Below are positions 26,679 to 36,329 of a DNA stretch of 60,364 nt, piece after piece; within the stretch, counting starts at the first letter, position 1; each line of letters opens with the position of its first letter. The notes beneath the pieces are model-generated. The model was not told the origin of the DNA. It saw only the letters and a list, made by a program, of their open reading frames with translations, and did no database searches. The stretch spans positions 1 to 60,364 of the IMG/VR virus record IMGVR_UViG_3300043468_000417; one strand, given 5' to 3'. A program made the position numbers and the translations under genes. Source of the stretch: a virus. Its lineage: Duplodnaviria > Caudoviricetes.

Positions 26679-28207
26679 TGGCAATTAGAAAATCATCAAA
26701 TTCAGGTATTCCTTTTGGCAATACAGCAGGTCGTCCTGCTAGCCCTTCTACTGGCCAGCCATATTTTAATGGCGAGGCTGGAAGACTTGAGCTATACACA
26801 TCAAATGGTTGGCAGAATATTGTACAGGAGACCCCTGGCATAGCCAGCATATCAGGTACATATAATGAGTCTACAGGTTCTGGTACATTTACAATTTCAG
26901 GAACAAATTTTGTTTTAGGCGGAATTGCTTACGCTGTTGGAACAAATGGAACTGAGTATCAGGCAACAACATCGACCATTAATTCAGTTGTTCAAATGAC
27001 GGCCGTATTTACTGGTCTTTCTGCAGCATATGAGCCGTATGATATTAAGGTTTTAAACCCTTCAAATTTATTTGGTCTATTGCCAGATGCATTTTATATT
27101 AATGATTCTCCAGTATGGAGCACAACTACAGGATCACTTGGCACATGGAATGGATCAAGTATTCAATTAGCAGCAACCGATGATGAGTCAAATACTATTA
27201 CATATTCTGTAACATCAGGATCTTTACCAACTGGACTATCTCTTTCTTCAGCAGGATTAATATCTGGAACAAGTACTGCGAGTGGTGGAACATACACATT
27301 TACAGTTTCTGCTTCTGATGGAAGCAATACAGCAGTTACAAGATCATTTAGTATTACTATTCCATTCCCAACAGTTTCTGGCGGTACAATTACATTATCT
27401 GGACTATATAGAATTCATTCTTTTACATCAAGCGGGACACTTGCAATACAAAACGGTTCAGTAGATACTGAGTATCTTATTGTCGCAGGAGGCGGTGGAG
27501 GCGGATCAAGATACGGTGGTGGTGGAGGTGCTGGTGGAATGATAACTGGCTCAACTTCATTATCATCTGGAAATCATTCAATTTTAATAGGTGGCGGAGG
27601 TGCTGGAGCTACTATGGGACCTGGTGATTCAACTGGCGGCGGAGGTGCTTCTGGAGTAAATTCATCAATTAATGCAATATCTGCAACTGGAGGCGGCGGA
27701 GGTGGATCAGCAGATGATTTTACTTCAGGTAAAAATGGTGGATCTGGAGGTGGAGCTTTTTCAGGAAGCATTGGTCAAGGAATTTCTGGACAAGGAAATA
27801 ATGGAGGTACTGGTTCTGGAACTGGAACCTATCCTTATAAATGTGGTGGCGGCGGAGGTGCTGGCGGGGTAGGAGAAAATGCTAATACTAGCGCAGGATA
27901 TGGCGGCGCTGGAGGAGTAGGACTTCAATCTTCAATTACAGGAACTTCAACTTACTATGCAGGCGGTGGCGGTGGCGGTTCACATAATCCATATTCTTCA
28001 AGATCTATTTCTTTAGGAGGTGCTGGTGGTGGAGGAAATTCTGGTAATTATGGACAAAGAAGCCCTGGACAAAACGGATCAACAAACACTGGCGGAGGTG
28101 CTGGAGGAGCATCTACAGACAGTAGTGGAGACTCTAACACTATTGGTGGTGTAGGCGGATCTGGAATTGTTATTGTTAGGTACCTTAAATCAGCAGTAGG
28201 TTTATAG
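26678..28207 (+). CDS. Adhesin-like protein: IPT/Ig plus glycine-rich domain
   Basis: Start moved to ATG 26678; RLELYTS.GWQNIV.ETPG shared with 12535. Confidence 0.75.
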   Translation: MAIRKSSNSGIPFGNTAGRPASPSTGQPYFNGEAGRLELYTSNGWQNIVQETPGIASISGTYNESTGSGTFTISGTNFVLGGIAYAVGTNGTEYQATTSTINSVVQMTAVFTGLSAAYEPYDIKVLNPSNLFGLLPDAFYINDSPVWSTTTGSLGTWNGSSIQLAATDDESNTITYSVTSGSLPTGLSLSSAGLISGTSTASGGTYTFTVSASDGSNTAVTRSFSITIPFPTVSGGTITLSGLYRIHSFTSSGTLAIQNGSVDTEYLIVAGGGGGGSRYGGGGGAGGMITGSTSLSSGNHSILIGGGGAGATMGPGDSTGGGGASGVNSSINAISATGGGGGGSADDFTSGKNGGSGGGAFSGSIGQGISGQGNNGGTGSGTGTYPYKCGGGGGAGGVGENANTSAGYGGAGGVGLQSSITGTSTYYAGGGGGGSHNPYSSRSISLGGAGGGGNSGNYGQRSPGQNGSTNTGGGAGGASTDSSGDSNTIGGVGGSGIVIVRYLKSAVGL

Positions 28208-28210
28208 CCT

Positions 28211-29956
28211 ATGTCTTATCAGCTCAAAGTTATAAAAGATTATCCAATTGGATTTTGGCCATTAGATGAATCATCTGGAACAACAGCATCTGATATTTCG
28301 GGATGCGGAAACAATGCTACATATGTTGGATCACCTGCATCAAATATATTACCATTAGTTTCAGGCGGGGTATCAGGAACAAAGATAACAAATACAGCAT
28401 ATATAACTGTACCAGTTACAAAAGATTATTATGGAGCAACAGTAGGGGCAGGATTTGCAACCTCTTATACTTCAGACAATGACTTTACAATGGAAGCATG
28501 GATATATCCATCAATTGAGTCTTCTTCAGAAACTCCACTTTTTGCAGACTCTACAAATGATATAGGGTTGTTCTGGGAAAACGGCGATATAGTATTTAAA
28601 GTATCAGATACAGAGTCGGTTAGATATTGCGTTACATATAGCAAGAAGTCTTTACACATAGTTGGAGTTTATTCAGTAGGTTCTATAAGTCTTTATATAG
28701 ACTCATTTGTTGTTGATTCAAAATCCCTATCAAATTTTAAATTTACAAACACCACACTTGGACTACAGGTTGGTCCAACAACTGTTTCTGGAGATACATT
28801 TACAGTAGATGCTCCAGCAGTATACAGATATGGCCTACAACCAGAATCAATTAGAAGTCATTATGTAGATGGCAATATTACAAATTCTGCAATCAATGTC
28901 GTTTATCCAGATAAAGGAATATTATTTACTGGCACAGACGCAAACATAAAAGCGGTAATGGATTATTCATATCCAGCCAGCAAGCCATGGTCTGACTTTG
29001 TAGACGACAATACATATTATGATTCAACTAAAAGATATATTACTTTTTATAAAACAGATACAGTACAGTCAAAATCTTTTGTAATAAATGACTACTTTTT
29101 TATCCCTTCACAAATAGGACTTACTACTTCAAAAATTGAGTGGCGGAATGATCTAGGAATAACAGTAGAATCAAGCGTAGATGGAATTACTTATGCTCAA
29201 TGTACAAATGGACAACCCTTGCCTCAATATACAAAAGACTCATTTAATTCATCTGGCAATGTCTATATTAAAATTACAATGTCTACTACAGATGCCAGTA
29301 AATATCTACCAAAACTATCATTCTTCTGTATAACTTTCTATGCTGATAGAACTATATATTCAGATAACTTTGGAGATAAAATAACCTCCTCTACTGATTA
29401 TTATTTAGGATCTTTAAATTATCCAGTTTTATCCCGCCATTACATGAATGGAATTCGAGCTAAAAATGCAGCAGGATTTAATTTAAATTCATCTACATCT
29501 GTGAAGTCCGTAGAAATGCTCTTTACACCGCTTACGTTGGCCGCTAACACCCTTTTCTATGCTTCCAATCCTTCTGCTACCAGACTGGCCTGGAACGGCT
29601 CTGGAGTGGTTTCTAAGGCCAATATAGCCAAGATATATGTCAACAATATAGATGTAACTAATCAAACAAACATTAGTTCATATTTAATTGAAGAAGAGCC
29701 ACATCATATCGTAATAGTATTTAATACCCCAGTAACTGGGACCCTGCAATTAAATTACGAGTCTATAGGTGGTCCAAGTAACCTATATAAGAATATTGCA
29801 ACCTATGATTCTGAATTAACGGCATCAAAAGTTGAAACTCATTTTGAGCTTTATTGTGGTAAGCCAGTCGAATCTATTACAGAAAATGCCATGACCCTGA
29901 CAGAATTAGACACAGATTACTATAATAATGACTGGGTGGTACTGCAAAGTATATAA
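28211..29956 (+). CDS. LamG/concanavalin-like domain virion protein
   Basis: PIGFWPLDESSGTTA, FTMEAWI, HIVGVY. Confidence 0.75.
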   Translation: MSYQLKVIKDYPIGFWPLDESSGTTASDISGCGNNATYVGSPASNILPLVSGGVSGTKITNTAYITVPVTKDYYGATVGAGFATSYTSDNDFTMEAWIYPSIESSSETPLFADSTNDIGLFWENGDIVFKVSDTESVRYCVTYSKKSLHIVGVYSVGSISLYIDSFVVDSKSLSNFKFTNTTLGLQVGPTTVSGDTFTVDAPAVYRYGLQPESIRSHYVDGNITNSAINVVYPDKGILFTGTDANIKAVMDYSYPASKPWSDFVDDNTYYDSTKRYITFYKTDTVQSKSFVINDYFFIPSQIGLTTSKIEWRNDLGITVESSVDGITYAQCTNGQPLPQYTKDSFNSSGNVYIKITMSTTDASKYLPKLSFFCITFYADRTIYSDNFGDKITSSTDYYLGSLNYPVLSRHYMNGIRAKNAAGFNLNSSTSVKSVEMLFTPLTLAANTLFYASNPSATRLAWNGSGVVSKANIAKIYVNNIDVTNQTNISSYLIEEEPHHIVIVFNTPVTGTLQLNYESIGGPSNLYKNIATYDSELTASKVETHFELYCGKPVESITENAMTLTELDTDYYNNDWVVLQSI

Positions 29957-30011
29957 TTTTGTCATGCACCTTGACAAAAAGCTGGACTTAGACCTTAAAG
30001 AGTGGTAAAAT
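29957..30011 (+). promoter_or_regulatory. Head-operon promoter with upstream inverted repeat
   Basis: TTTTGTCA-N7-TGACAAAA (29957-29979); TGGACT-N17-TAAAAT with TG. Confidence 0.6.
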
Positions 30012-30019
30012 AAACTTCT

Positions 30020-30364
30020 ATGGATATCGGTAAAGCAAATACTAAGATTCTGCAAGAAGAATCAACCCTAGGCATCTATGTCTGGGAAATGCCAGACGGC
30101 AGATGGATTGGAGACGATGATGGTAACTTTCTTTCGATCACGTCCAAAAAAGGAAATAGATCCAGAATCGATGCTTTGGCTAGAGAAGTTCGCTCATACG
30201 GTATATATGAAGGCGGGCCTAAATTTCTTTCAGCTCGACGCAAGATTACAGACGAAGAGTACGCAGAACAAGAACAAAGACTTAGATGGGGATTAGTTCC
30301 AGATCCTTTAGATATTGGAAATTATAAAGACGAAATGAAAAACTTGAGGGCAGAGGGACAGTAA
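30020..30364 (+). CDS. Hypothetical protein upstream of portal
   Basis: 114 aa, coupled to portal. Confidence 0.7.
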   Translation: MDIGKANTKILQEESTLGIYVWEMPDGRWIGDDDGNFLSITSKKGNRSRIDALAREVRSYGIYEGGPKFLSARRKITDEEYAEQEQRLRWGLVPDPLDIGNYKDEMKNLRAEGQ

Positions 30365-31947
30365 TGATTCAATACGAAGAAGATGATAACTCACAAGAAA
30401 TAGCAATATCTAATGTTGCCGACTGGATGAAATTTAATACTCCAAGAGAGCAGACAAGTACAGACCTATTTAAAGTAAGCGGAGAAGACCTTACAAAAAT
30501 ATCAGGACTAAGTCCTGCATTCCGTCGTAAGATGAGTAGAGAATTGCAAAAGCGTTTTCAAGGTATTGAAGGAACTGAGACACAGCAAAATTTATTAGCA
30601 CAAGCAATTACTGGCTATGCCATGTTCGATCTTATCGAGCCACCTTATAATTTGGACTACCTTTCAACTATCTACGAAATTTCTCCATATAACTATGCAG
30701 CAATTAATGCTAAGGTTTCAAACATCGTAGGACTTGGTCACGATTTTATTGAGACAAGAAAAACAAACGAGGCATTTGATAATATTACAGATGAGAAAGC
30801 ATTAGAACGTGCTCGTAGAAAGCTAAATAGACTTCGCCAAGATTTATATGATTGGCTAGAACAATGCAACGAAGAAGAAACATTTACAGAAACATTAATT
30901 AAAGCCTACACAGATGTTGAGGCAACAGGAAATGGATATATTGAAATCGGCAGAACATCTGCTGGAAGAATTGGATATATCGGACATATCCCTGCAAAGA
31001 CAATGCGTGTGCGTCGTCTTCGTGACGGCTTCATTCAATTGCTGTATGGCAAGGCAGTATACTTCCGCAACTTCGGAGATCAAGAAACAGAGAACCCAAT
31101 TGCAGGCGGATTAGATAGACCAAATGAAATTATTCATCTAAAGAAATACACACCAACAAATAACTACTATGGCATTCCCGATATCGTAGCATCATCAAAT
31201 GCTATGGCTGGAAACGAGTTTGCTGGAAAGTATAACCTCGACTACTTTGAGAACAAGGCGGTTCCAAGATATATCATTACCGTAAAGGGCGCTAAATTAT
31301 CAACAGAGTCTGAGCGTAAATTGCTCGAGTTTTTCCAGGTGGGTCTAAGAGGTAAGAACCATAGATCTCTTTATATTCCACTTCCACCAGATTCACCAGA
31401 CTCAAAAGTTGAATTTAAGATGGAGCCAATTGAGGCAGGAACTCAAGAGTCTTCATTTAACGTATATCGTAAATCTAATAGAGATGAAATTCTATTATCT
31501 CATCGTGTCCCAATTAATAAGATCGGAACTCCAGAAGGAGTTAATTTAGCAGTTGCAAGAGATGCCGATAAAACATTTAGAGAGCAAGTATGTCGTCCAG
31601 CCCAAATGAATTTAGAAAAGAAATTAAATAAAATTATTGAGGAAATGACCGACGCCCTACTCCTTAAATTTAATGAGCTAACTTTGACCGATGAAGATAC
31701 CCAGTCAAAGATTGATGAGCGATATTTAAGGATGCAGGTAATTACCCCTAATGAGGTAAGAATTAGAATGGGTATGGTCCCATTAGACGGCGGAGATAAA
31801 GTCGTTGAATTAAAACCACAGGCAGCAGCAGAGCAAAGAGCACAGGCAGGGAAAACCAGAACTAGAGATTCTGAACGTTCCGCAAATTCCCCAGATATTT
31901 CTGGAGAAGGCCGAAATGCTCAGGGCGACGGAAGACAAGTCGACTAA
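30364..31947 (+). CDS. Portal protein (PBSX/HK97-like)
   Basis: GNGYIE, EIIHLK...YYGIP, YFENKAVP, TPNEVRIRMG. Confidence 0.93.
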   Translation: MIQYEEDDNSQEIAISNVADWMKFNTPREQTSTDLFKVSGEDLTKISGLSPAFRRKMSRELQKRFQGIEGTETQQNLLAQAITGYAMFDLIEPPYNLDYLSTIYEISPYNYAAINAKVSNIVGLGHDFIETRKTNEAFDNITDEKALERARRKLNRLRQDLYDWLEQCNEEETFTETLIKAYTDVEATGNGYIEIGRTSAGRIGYIGHIPAKTMRVRRLRDGFIQLLYGKAVYFRNFGDQETENPIAGGLDRPNEIIHLKKYTPTNNYYGIPDIVASSNAMAGNEFAGKYNLDYFENKAVPRYIITVKGAKLSTESERKLLEFFQVGLRGKNHRSLYIPLPPDSPDSKVEFKMEPIEAGTQESSFNVYRKSNRDEILLSHRVPINKIGTPEGVNLAVARDADKTFREQVCRPAQMNLEKKLNKIIEEMTDALLLKFNELTLTDEDTQSKIDERYLRMQVITPNEVRIRMGMVPLDGGDKVVELKPQAAAEQRAQAGKTRTRDSERSANSPDISGEGRNAQGDGRQVD

Positions 31948-31965
31948 CCCTACTCAACTGATTAT

Positions 31966-31994
31966 TTGCCTTATATACAATAACGTTATAAAAT
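31966..31994 (+). promoter_or_regulatory. Promoter, leaderless transcript
   Basis: TTGCCT-N17-TAAAAT, ATG 7 nt later. Confidence 0.65.
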
Positions 31995-32001
31995 TAAGCA
32001 T

Positions 32002-33330
32002 ATGAATATTGAGAAATCTCTTTGGTCTTCGCATGGCGATAACATCACGTTATCCGTGCCATTTACCAAAGTAAACCGTGAAAAACGCACAGTCTCAGGA
32101 TTTGCAACACTTGATAATGTTGACCAGACTGGTGATGTAGTCACCTCTGAAGCAAGCATTAAAGCATTTGAAAATTTCCGTGGAAATCTTCGTGAGATGC
32201 ATCAACCAGTTGCAGTAGGCAAGATTGTTTCTTTCAAACCAGAAACTTATTACGATCCAGCATCAAAAGAATTCTATAACGGAGTTTATGTAGATGCATA
32301 CATCTCAAAGGGTGCTCAAGATACATGGGAAAAAGTTTTAGATGGAACTCTCGCAGGTTTCTCTATTGGCGGAAAGATTATTGAATCAGATAATGAAGTT
32401 AATAAGGCAACAGGTAAGACTGTAAGATTTATTAAAGACTATTCTCTAATGGAATTGTCAATTGTAGATTCACCAGCAAACGAACTTTGCAACATACTCT
32501 CAATATCTAAGATGAACGGTCAGCTAGTATTTAAAGGAATGGCAGCGGATATCGTAACAGAAAATATTTTTTATTGTAACGAATCTGATTCAGTATTCAT
32601 TTCCACAGAGTCATCATATGATTCCCCAGTTACAGGTAAGCCTGCAACATTGATCGGATGGGTAGAGTCAAACGATGTTAACAAAGCAAAAGAAATAGAT
32701 AAGATTCTTGATTTACATAAAAAGTCAAGATTGTCGACGCCTGAAACACAAATTGCAAAACAGGCAGACATAGAAGGAGGTAAAGAAGTGTCAGATAACA
32801 CAGAAAACGTAGTTGCAGAAGATGCAGTAGCACCAGAAGCAACCGTAGAAGACACAGCAGCAGTTGCTCCCGCAGAGGAAGCACCAGCTGTTGAAGAAGC
32901 TCCTGCAGATGCAGTAGTAGACGCTTCTGCCGAAACTCTAGAAAAAGCAGCCGACGTATCAGAAGTTATGGTTGATGAACCTGATTTTGCAAAGATGCTA
33001 GGCGATCTTAAAGGCTTTTTCTCAGAAACACTAAATAAGGCTTCAGAAGCAAATGCTGCTCAAGTTTCACTTATCAAAGATACAGTTGAAACATTCAGCA
33101 AAAGCGTTGATGGTCGTATTTCAGAATTGGCAGAACAACATACAGCACTTTCAAAGGCTGTAGAAGATATCAAGAACACGATTGATGGCGTAGAAAAGCG
33201 TGTCGATGCAGTAGAATCAGAGACTGCAATTAAGAAGTCCTCAGACCTTGGCGGGTCTCAGGAAGTAACAATCAAAAAATCAAAGTGGAACGGTTCTTTC
33301 CTCGGTTCCGTAACAGAATTAATTAAATAA
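32002..33330 (+). CDS. Prohead protease fused to scaffold-like C-terminus
   Basis: RTVSGFAT, REMH, GFSIGG, ELSIVDSPAN; acidic linker and coiled coil. Confidence 0.9.
   Translation: MNIEKSLWSSHGDNITLSVPFTKVNREKRTVSGFATLDNVDQTGDVVTSEASIKAFENFRGNLREMHQPVAVGKIVSFKPETYYDPASKEFYNGVYVDAYISKGAQDTWEKVLDGTLAGFSIGGKIIESDNEVNKATGKTVRFIKDYSLMELSIVDSPANELCNILSISKMNGQLVFKGMAADIVTENIFYCNESDSVFISTESSYDSPVTGKPATLIGWVESNDVNKAKEIDKILDLHKKSRLSTPETQIAKQADIEGGKEVSDNTENVVAEDAVAPEATVEDTAAVAPAEEAPAVEEAPADAVVDASAETLEKAADVSEVMVDEPDFAKMLGDLKGFFSETLNKASEANAAQVSLIKDTVETFSKSVDGRISELAEQHTALSKAVEDIKNTIDGVEKRVDAVESETAIKKSSDLGGSQEVTIKKSKWNGSFLGSVTELIK
32788..33330 (+). CDS. Nested in-frame scaffolding protein (180 aa)
   Basis: AAGGAGGT at 32774-32781, in-frame GTG at 32788. 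Confidence 0.65.
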   Translation: MSDNTENVVAEDAVAPEATVEDTAAVAPAEEAPAVEEAPADAVVDASAETLEKAADVSEVMVDEPDFAKMLGDLKGFFSETLNKASEANAAQVSLIKDTVETFSKSVDGRISELAEQHTALSKAVEDIKNTIDGVEKRVDAVESETAIKKSSDLGGSQEVTIKKSKWNGSFLGSVTELIK

Positions 33331-33347
33331 GGTAGGTGAAATATAAT

Positions 33348-34397
33348 ATGAGTAATGAAACATTAGAGAAGGCAATCGCAGCAGGAACAACTGCAACAGC
33401 GACATTTGCCTCAACTACTGGCGCTTCAGGAGTACACGTAGCTGGCGAAGCTGGTAACGGTGGACTTCTAAACGCAGAACAATCAGCCCGCTTTTTAGAT
33501 TATATGTTCGACGCAACCGTAATTGGAAAAGTCGCACGTACAGTCAGAATGAGAAGCGATACAGCAGAGATTGATCGTATGTCCGTTGGTGAGAAGCTTA
33601 TGACTCTCGCAACAGAAGGAGATACAACTGGCTCAAACGCAGCAGTTACTTTCTCAAAGATCTCTCTTTCAACAAAGAAACTTCGCTTGAACTGGGAGCT
33701 TTCAACTGAGTCTTTAGAAGACAATATTGAAGGTCCAGATCTAGAAGATCACATTGCCCGTTTGATGGCAACACAAGCAGGTAACGATATTGAAGACGTA
33801 ATCCTTAACGGAAATACATCTTTGTCTAGCGATGACCTATACAAGTCATTTGATGGCGTTGTAAAGAAGGCCAAGGCTAGCGGACACGTTGTAGCTGGTG
33901 CAGGCGCAGGAGTATCTCGTGAGCTTTTCAACAAGGCTCTAAAGGCACTTCCACGTAAGTACAAGCAACGTCGTGGCGACCTTCGCTTCTTGGTAGGTTC
34001 AAACCTAATCCAAGATTTCCTATATGCTAACAGCATTGGAACAAACCAGACAATCCCACAAGATATCGCATCAAGCGTTATCCGTGGCGCAACTCCAGGA
34101 CTTGGTGGTCCAGCAGGATATGTAGCACCATTCGCATTTGGTATTCCAATTGTTGAAGTTCCTATGCTAAAAGAAGCACAGGATGGTTCATATTCAGGCG
34201 AGACTGGCGATCACGGAGATATCCACTTGACATTCCCAAATAACGTAGTTATTGGTATCAAGCGTGATGTAACCGTCTATCGTTTCTTCCAGCCACGTAA
34301 GGACTCTATCGAGTACACAATGTATACTCGTGTAGGCGTTCAAATCGAGCAGGCAGACGCATGGGTAGTTGTTAAAGACGTTAAGATTGCTTCCTAA
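33348..34397 (+). CDS. Major capsid protein (HK97 fold)
   Basis: GGLLNAEQ, ELSTESLEDNIEG, FGIPIVEVP; start placed at ATG 33348. Confidence 0.92.
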   Translation: MSNETLEKAIAAGTTATATFASTTGASGVHVAGEAGNGGLLNAEQSARFLDYMFDATVIGKVARTVRMRSDTAEIDRMSVGEKLMTLATEGDTTGSNAAVTFSKISLSTKKLRLNWELSTESLEDNIEGPDLEDHIARLMATQAGNDIEDVILNGNTSLSSDDLYKSFDGVVKKAKASGHVVAGAGAGVSRELFNKALKALPRKYKQRRGDLRFLVGSNLIQDFLYANSIGTNQTIPQDIASSVIRGATPGLGGPAGYVAPFAFGIPIVEVPMLKEAQDGSYSGETGDHGDIHLTFPNNVVIGIKRDVTVYRFFQPRKDSIEYTMYTRVGVQIEQADAWVVVKDVKIAS

Positions 34398-34418
34398 TTA
34401 ATAGGATTTAGATCTGCT

Positions 34419-34452
34419 AAAAGCCCCCTGAATTAATTTTTGGGGGGCTTTT
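34419..34452 (+). terminator. Intrinsic terminator after MCP
   Basis: AAAAGCCCCC...GGGGGCTTTT. Confidence 0.85.
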
Positions 34453-34504
34453 CATTTTAATTTAGTAATGCTATAATTGTTTAGAGTAGAAATAGGAGAT
34501 ATAT

Positions 34505-34900
34505 ATGTCATTTGAGACATTAAAAGTATCTGAGATAAAAAAGATTGCAGAAGATTTTGCAGTTGATACAGATGGTCTAAAGAGTAAGGCCGATATCATT
34601 GCCGCCCTCGCAGAAGAAGGCGTAACTTGGTCTGTATATAACAAGACCATGGACAAGATGGAAGAAGAAGATATGACCGTAGAAATCCTGCCTAAGTTTG
34701 ATCCAAAGGCGGAACAGCCAGAAAACACAGTATTAGTAAGAATGACTAGAGATAACTTTAGATATGATATTATGGGATTTACGTTCACAAAAGAGCACCC
34801 ATTTATTGCAATGAGTAATGAAGCAGCGCAAGCAATTTTTGATAAGGAGGAGGGCTTTAGATTAGCAACTCCAAGGGAAGTCCAGGAGTACTACAACTAG
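34505..34900 (+). CDS. Protein with Rho-N/SAP-like helical N-terminus
   Basis: LKVSEIKKIA...KADIIAAL; TGCTATAAT promoter element and GGAG RBS upstream. Confidence 0.6.
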   Translation: MSFETLKVSEIKKIAEDFAVDTDGLKSKADIIAALAEEGVTWSVYNKTMDKMEEEDMTVEILPKFDPKAEQPENTVLVRMTRDNFRYDIMGFTFTKEHPFIAMSNEAAQAIFDKEEGFRLATPREVQEYYN

Positions 34901-34914
34901 TCTACGCCTCTTAA

Positions 34915-35901
34915 ATGGCAGAAGTATTAGTAGGTTCACAATCTCCAGTAACACATAAAGTGTTCTGGAACGGAGATGTTGCAGACGCAACCTCTGCACC
35001 AGTTGTCAAAATTTATGACGTAACAAATGATCCAGCAGTAAGTCCTGCGATTGCTTCGACCACGCTTTTGACAACAATTACATCAACCCTGGATGAAAAC
35101 AATCCAGGAACATATACAATTAACGTCCCTTATGCATATACTGACAGAAACAGAACTTTAAGACTTAAGTGGGAGTATGCAGTTAGCGGAACATCTGTTG
35201 TTAAAACTGAAGACGTTTTTGTTGTAACTCCTTACGTTGATTTTAATCATATTCAAGATATGGGCTTTGCGTCAGATTCATCTGACCCAGGATATAAGTC
35301 ATACTCAGATTTACTTAAAGCAGAGAAATATGCTCGTAAACAAATTGAAGGATATACTGGTCAATACTTTTATTTGTATGATGACGTGTATGTTGTATAC
35401 GGATATGAGTCAGATACTCTACCACTTCCTGCCAAGATCAACTCTTTGCAAAAGCTATTTGTAAAAGATATTTTACTTATAGATAATTTGTCTAGCCCAG
35501 CAGTCAACAACTGGGGATTAGCAGTAAATATATCTGAAACAAAATTTGGTCTTAGAGTTGACAGGTCTAGCACACTAGACAACGCTGTCTATATCGCAAA
35601 CGGAATGGTGCCTCCAAGCATTCATGATTACTCTGGAATATTCCAGTCTGGTATTCCTTATAAAGTTCAAGCAAGATTTGGATGGAGCTCTGTTCCTGAG
35701 AATGTAGAACAAGCGGCAGCAGAATTAATGAAAGACTACTTCTCTAAAGATACAATGTGGAGAAACAAATACGTAAAGAACATATCTACATTTGACTGGG
35801 ACTTTGAATATACAGGAGATGCCTACACTGGAACAGGTAATGCATATGCAGACAACCTATTAGCAGATTACGTCTTAACAGCTAAAGCAGAGATTATATA
35901 A
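34915..35901 (+). CDS. Head-tail adaptor with extra N-terminal Ig-like domain
   Basis: ARKQIEGYTGQYF, FGWSSVPENVEQAA; position after MCP. Confidence 0.75.
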   Translation: MAEVLVGSQSPVTHKVFWNGDVADATSAPVVKIYDVTNDPAVSPAIASTTLLTTITSTLDENNPGTYTINVPYAYTDRNRTLRLKWEYAVSGTSVVKTEDVFVVTPYVDFNHIQDMGFASDSSDPGYKSYSDLLKAEKYARKQIEGYTGQYFYLYDDVYVVYGYESDTLPLPAKINSLQKLFVKDILLIDNLSSPAVNNWGLAVNISETKFGLRVDRSSTLDNAVYIANGMVPPSIHDYSGIFQSGIPYKVQARFGWSSVPENVEQAAAELMKDYFSKDTMWRNKYVKNISTFDWDFEYTGDAYTGTGNAYADNLLADYVLTAKAEII

Positions 35902-36329
35902 TGAATAGCATCGTAGACTCTGTCTTGTCTATGAACTTGGATGTATATAGACAGTCTGAGATTCAAGATACCGACACAGGGGCAATAGTCAGAGAATGGA
36001 ATTTTTATAAAACTGTTCCCTGCCACGTTAAAGGAGTTATTAGCAACTCTGCTACTACCCGCTCTAGCGATAAGCAGATATTTTCAAATAAGTATTTAAA
36101 CGATCAGGTTGTTCAAGTTAGAACAGCAGAGAAATTAACTGCCAGAGAAAAAGTTACAAACATTAGAGACTCAGAAGGCAACACCATTTGGAATGAAATC
36201 AATTATCCAAATGAGACTCCAACAGTATTTGAGGTTATGGGAACAACTCCAGTCACAGATCCGTTTGGTCGTGTGATTGCATATAACTCATCTATGAAGA
36301 GATCGGAGAACCAGCAAATTGGACAATAG
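35901..36329 (+). CDS. Head closure/stopper protein
   Basis: Size, synteny, DTGAIVREW. Confidence 0.6.
   Translation: MNSIVDSVLSMNLDVYRQSEIQDTDTGAIVREWNFYKTVPCHVKGVISNSATTRSSDKQIFSNKYLNDQVVQVRTAEKLTAREKVTNIRDSEGNTIWNEINYPNETPTVFEVMGTTPVTDPFGRVIAYNSSMKRSENQQIGQ

Noticed and set aside
13424-27872. Many overlapping or antisense ORFs (Pro-rich, Val/Glu-rich)
   Set aside because: Shadows of Gly/Thr-rich coding strands with no RBS or promoter support
12535-28207. CRISPR-like or tandem repeat array
   Set aside because: Repeats are GGN codon runs and paralogous domains, with no constant repeat-spacer period
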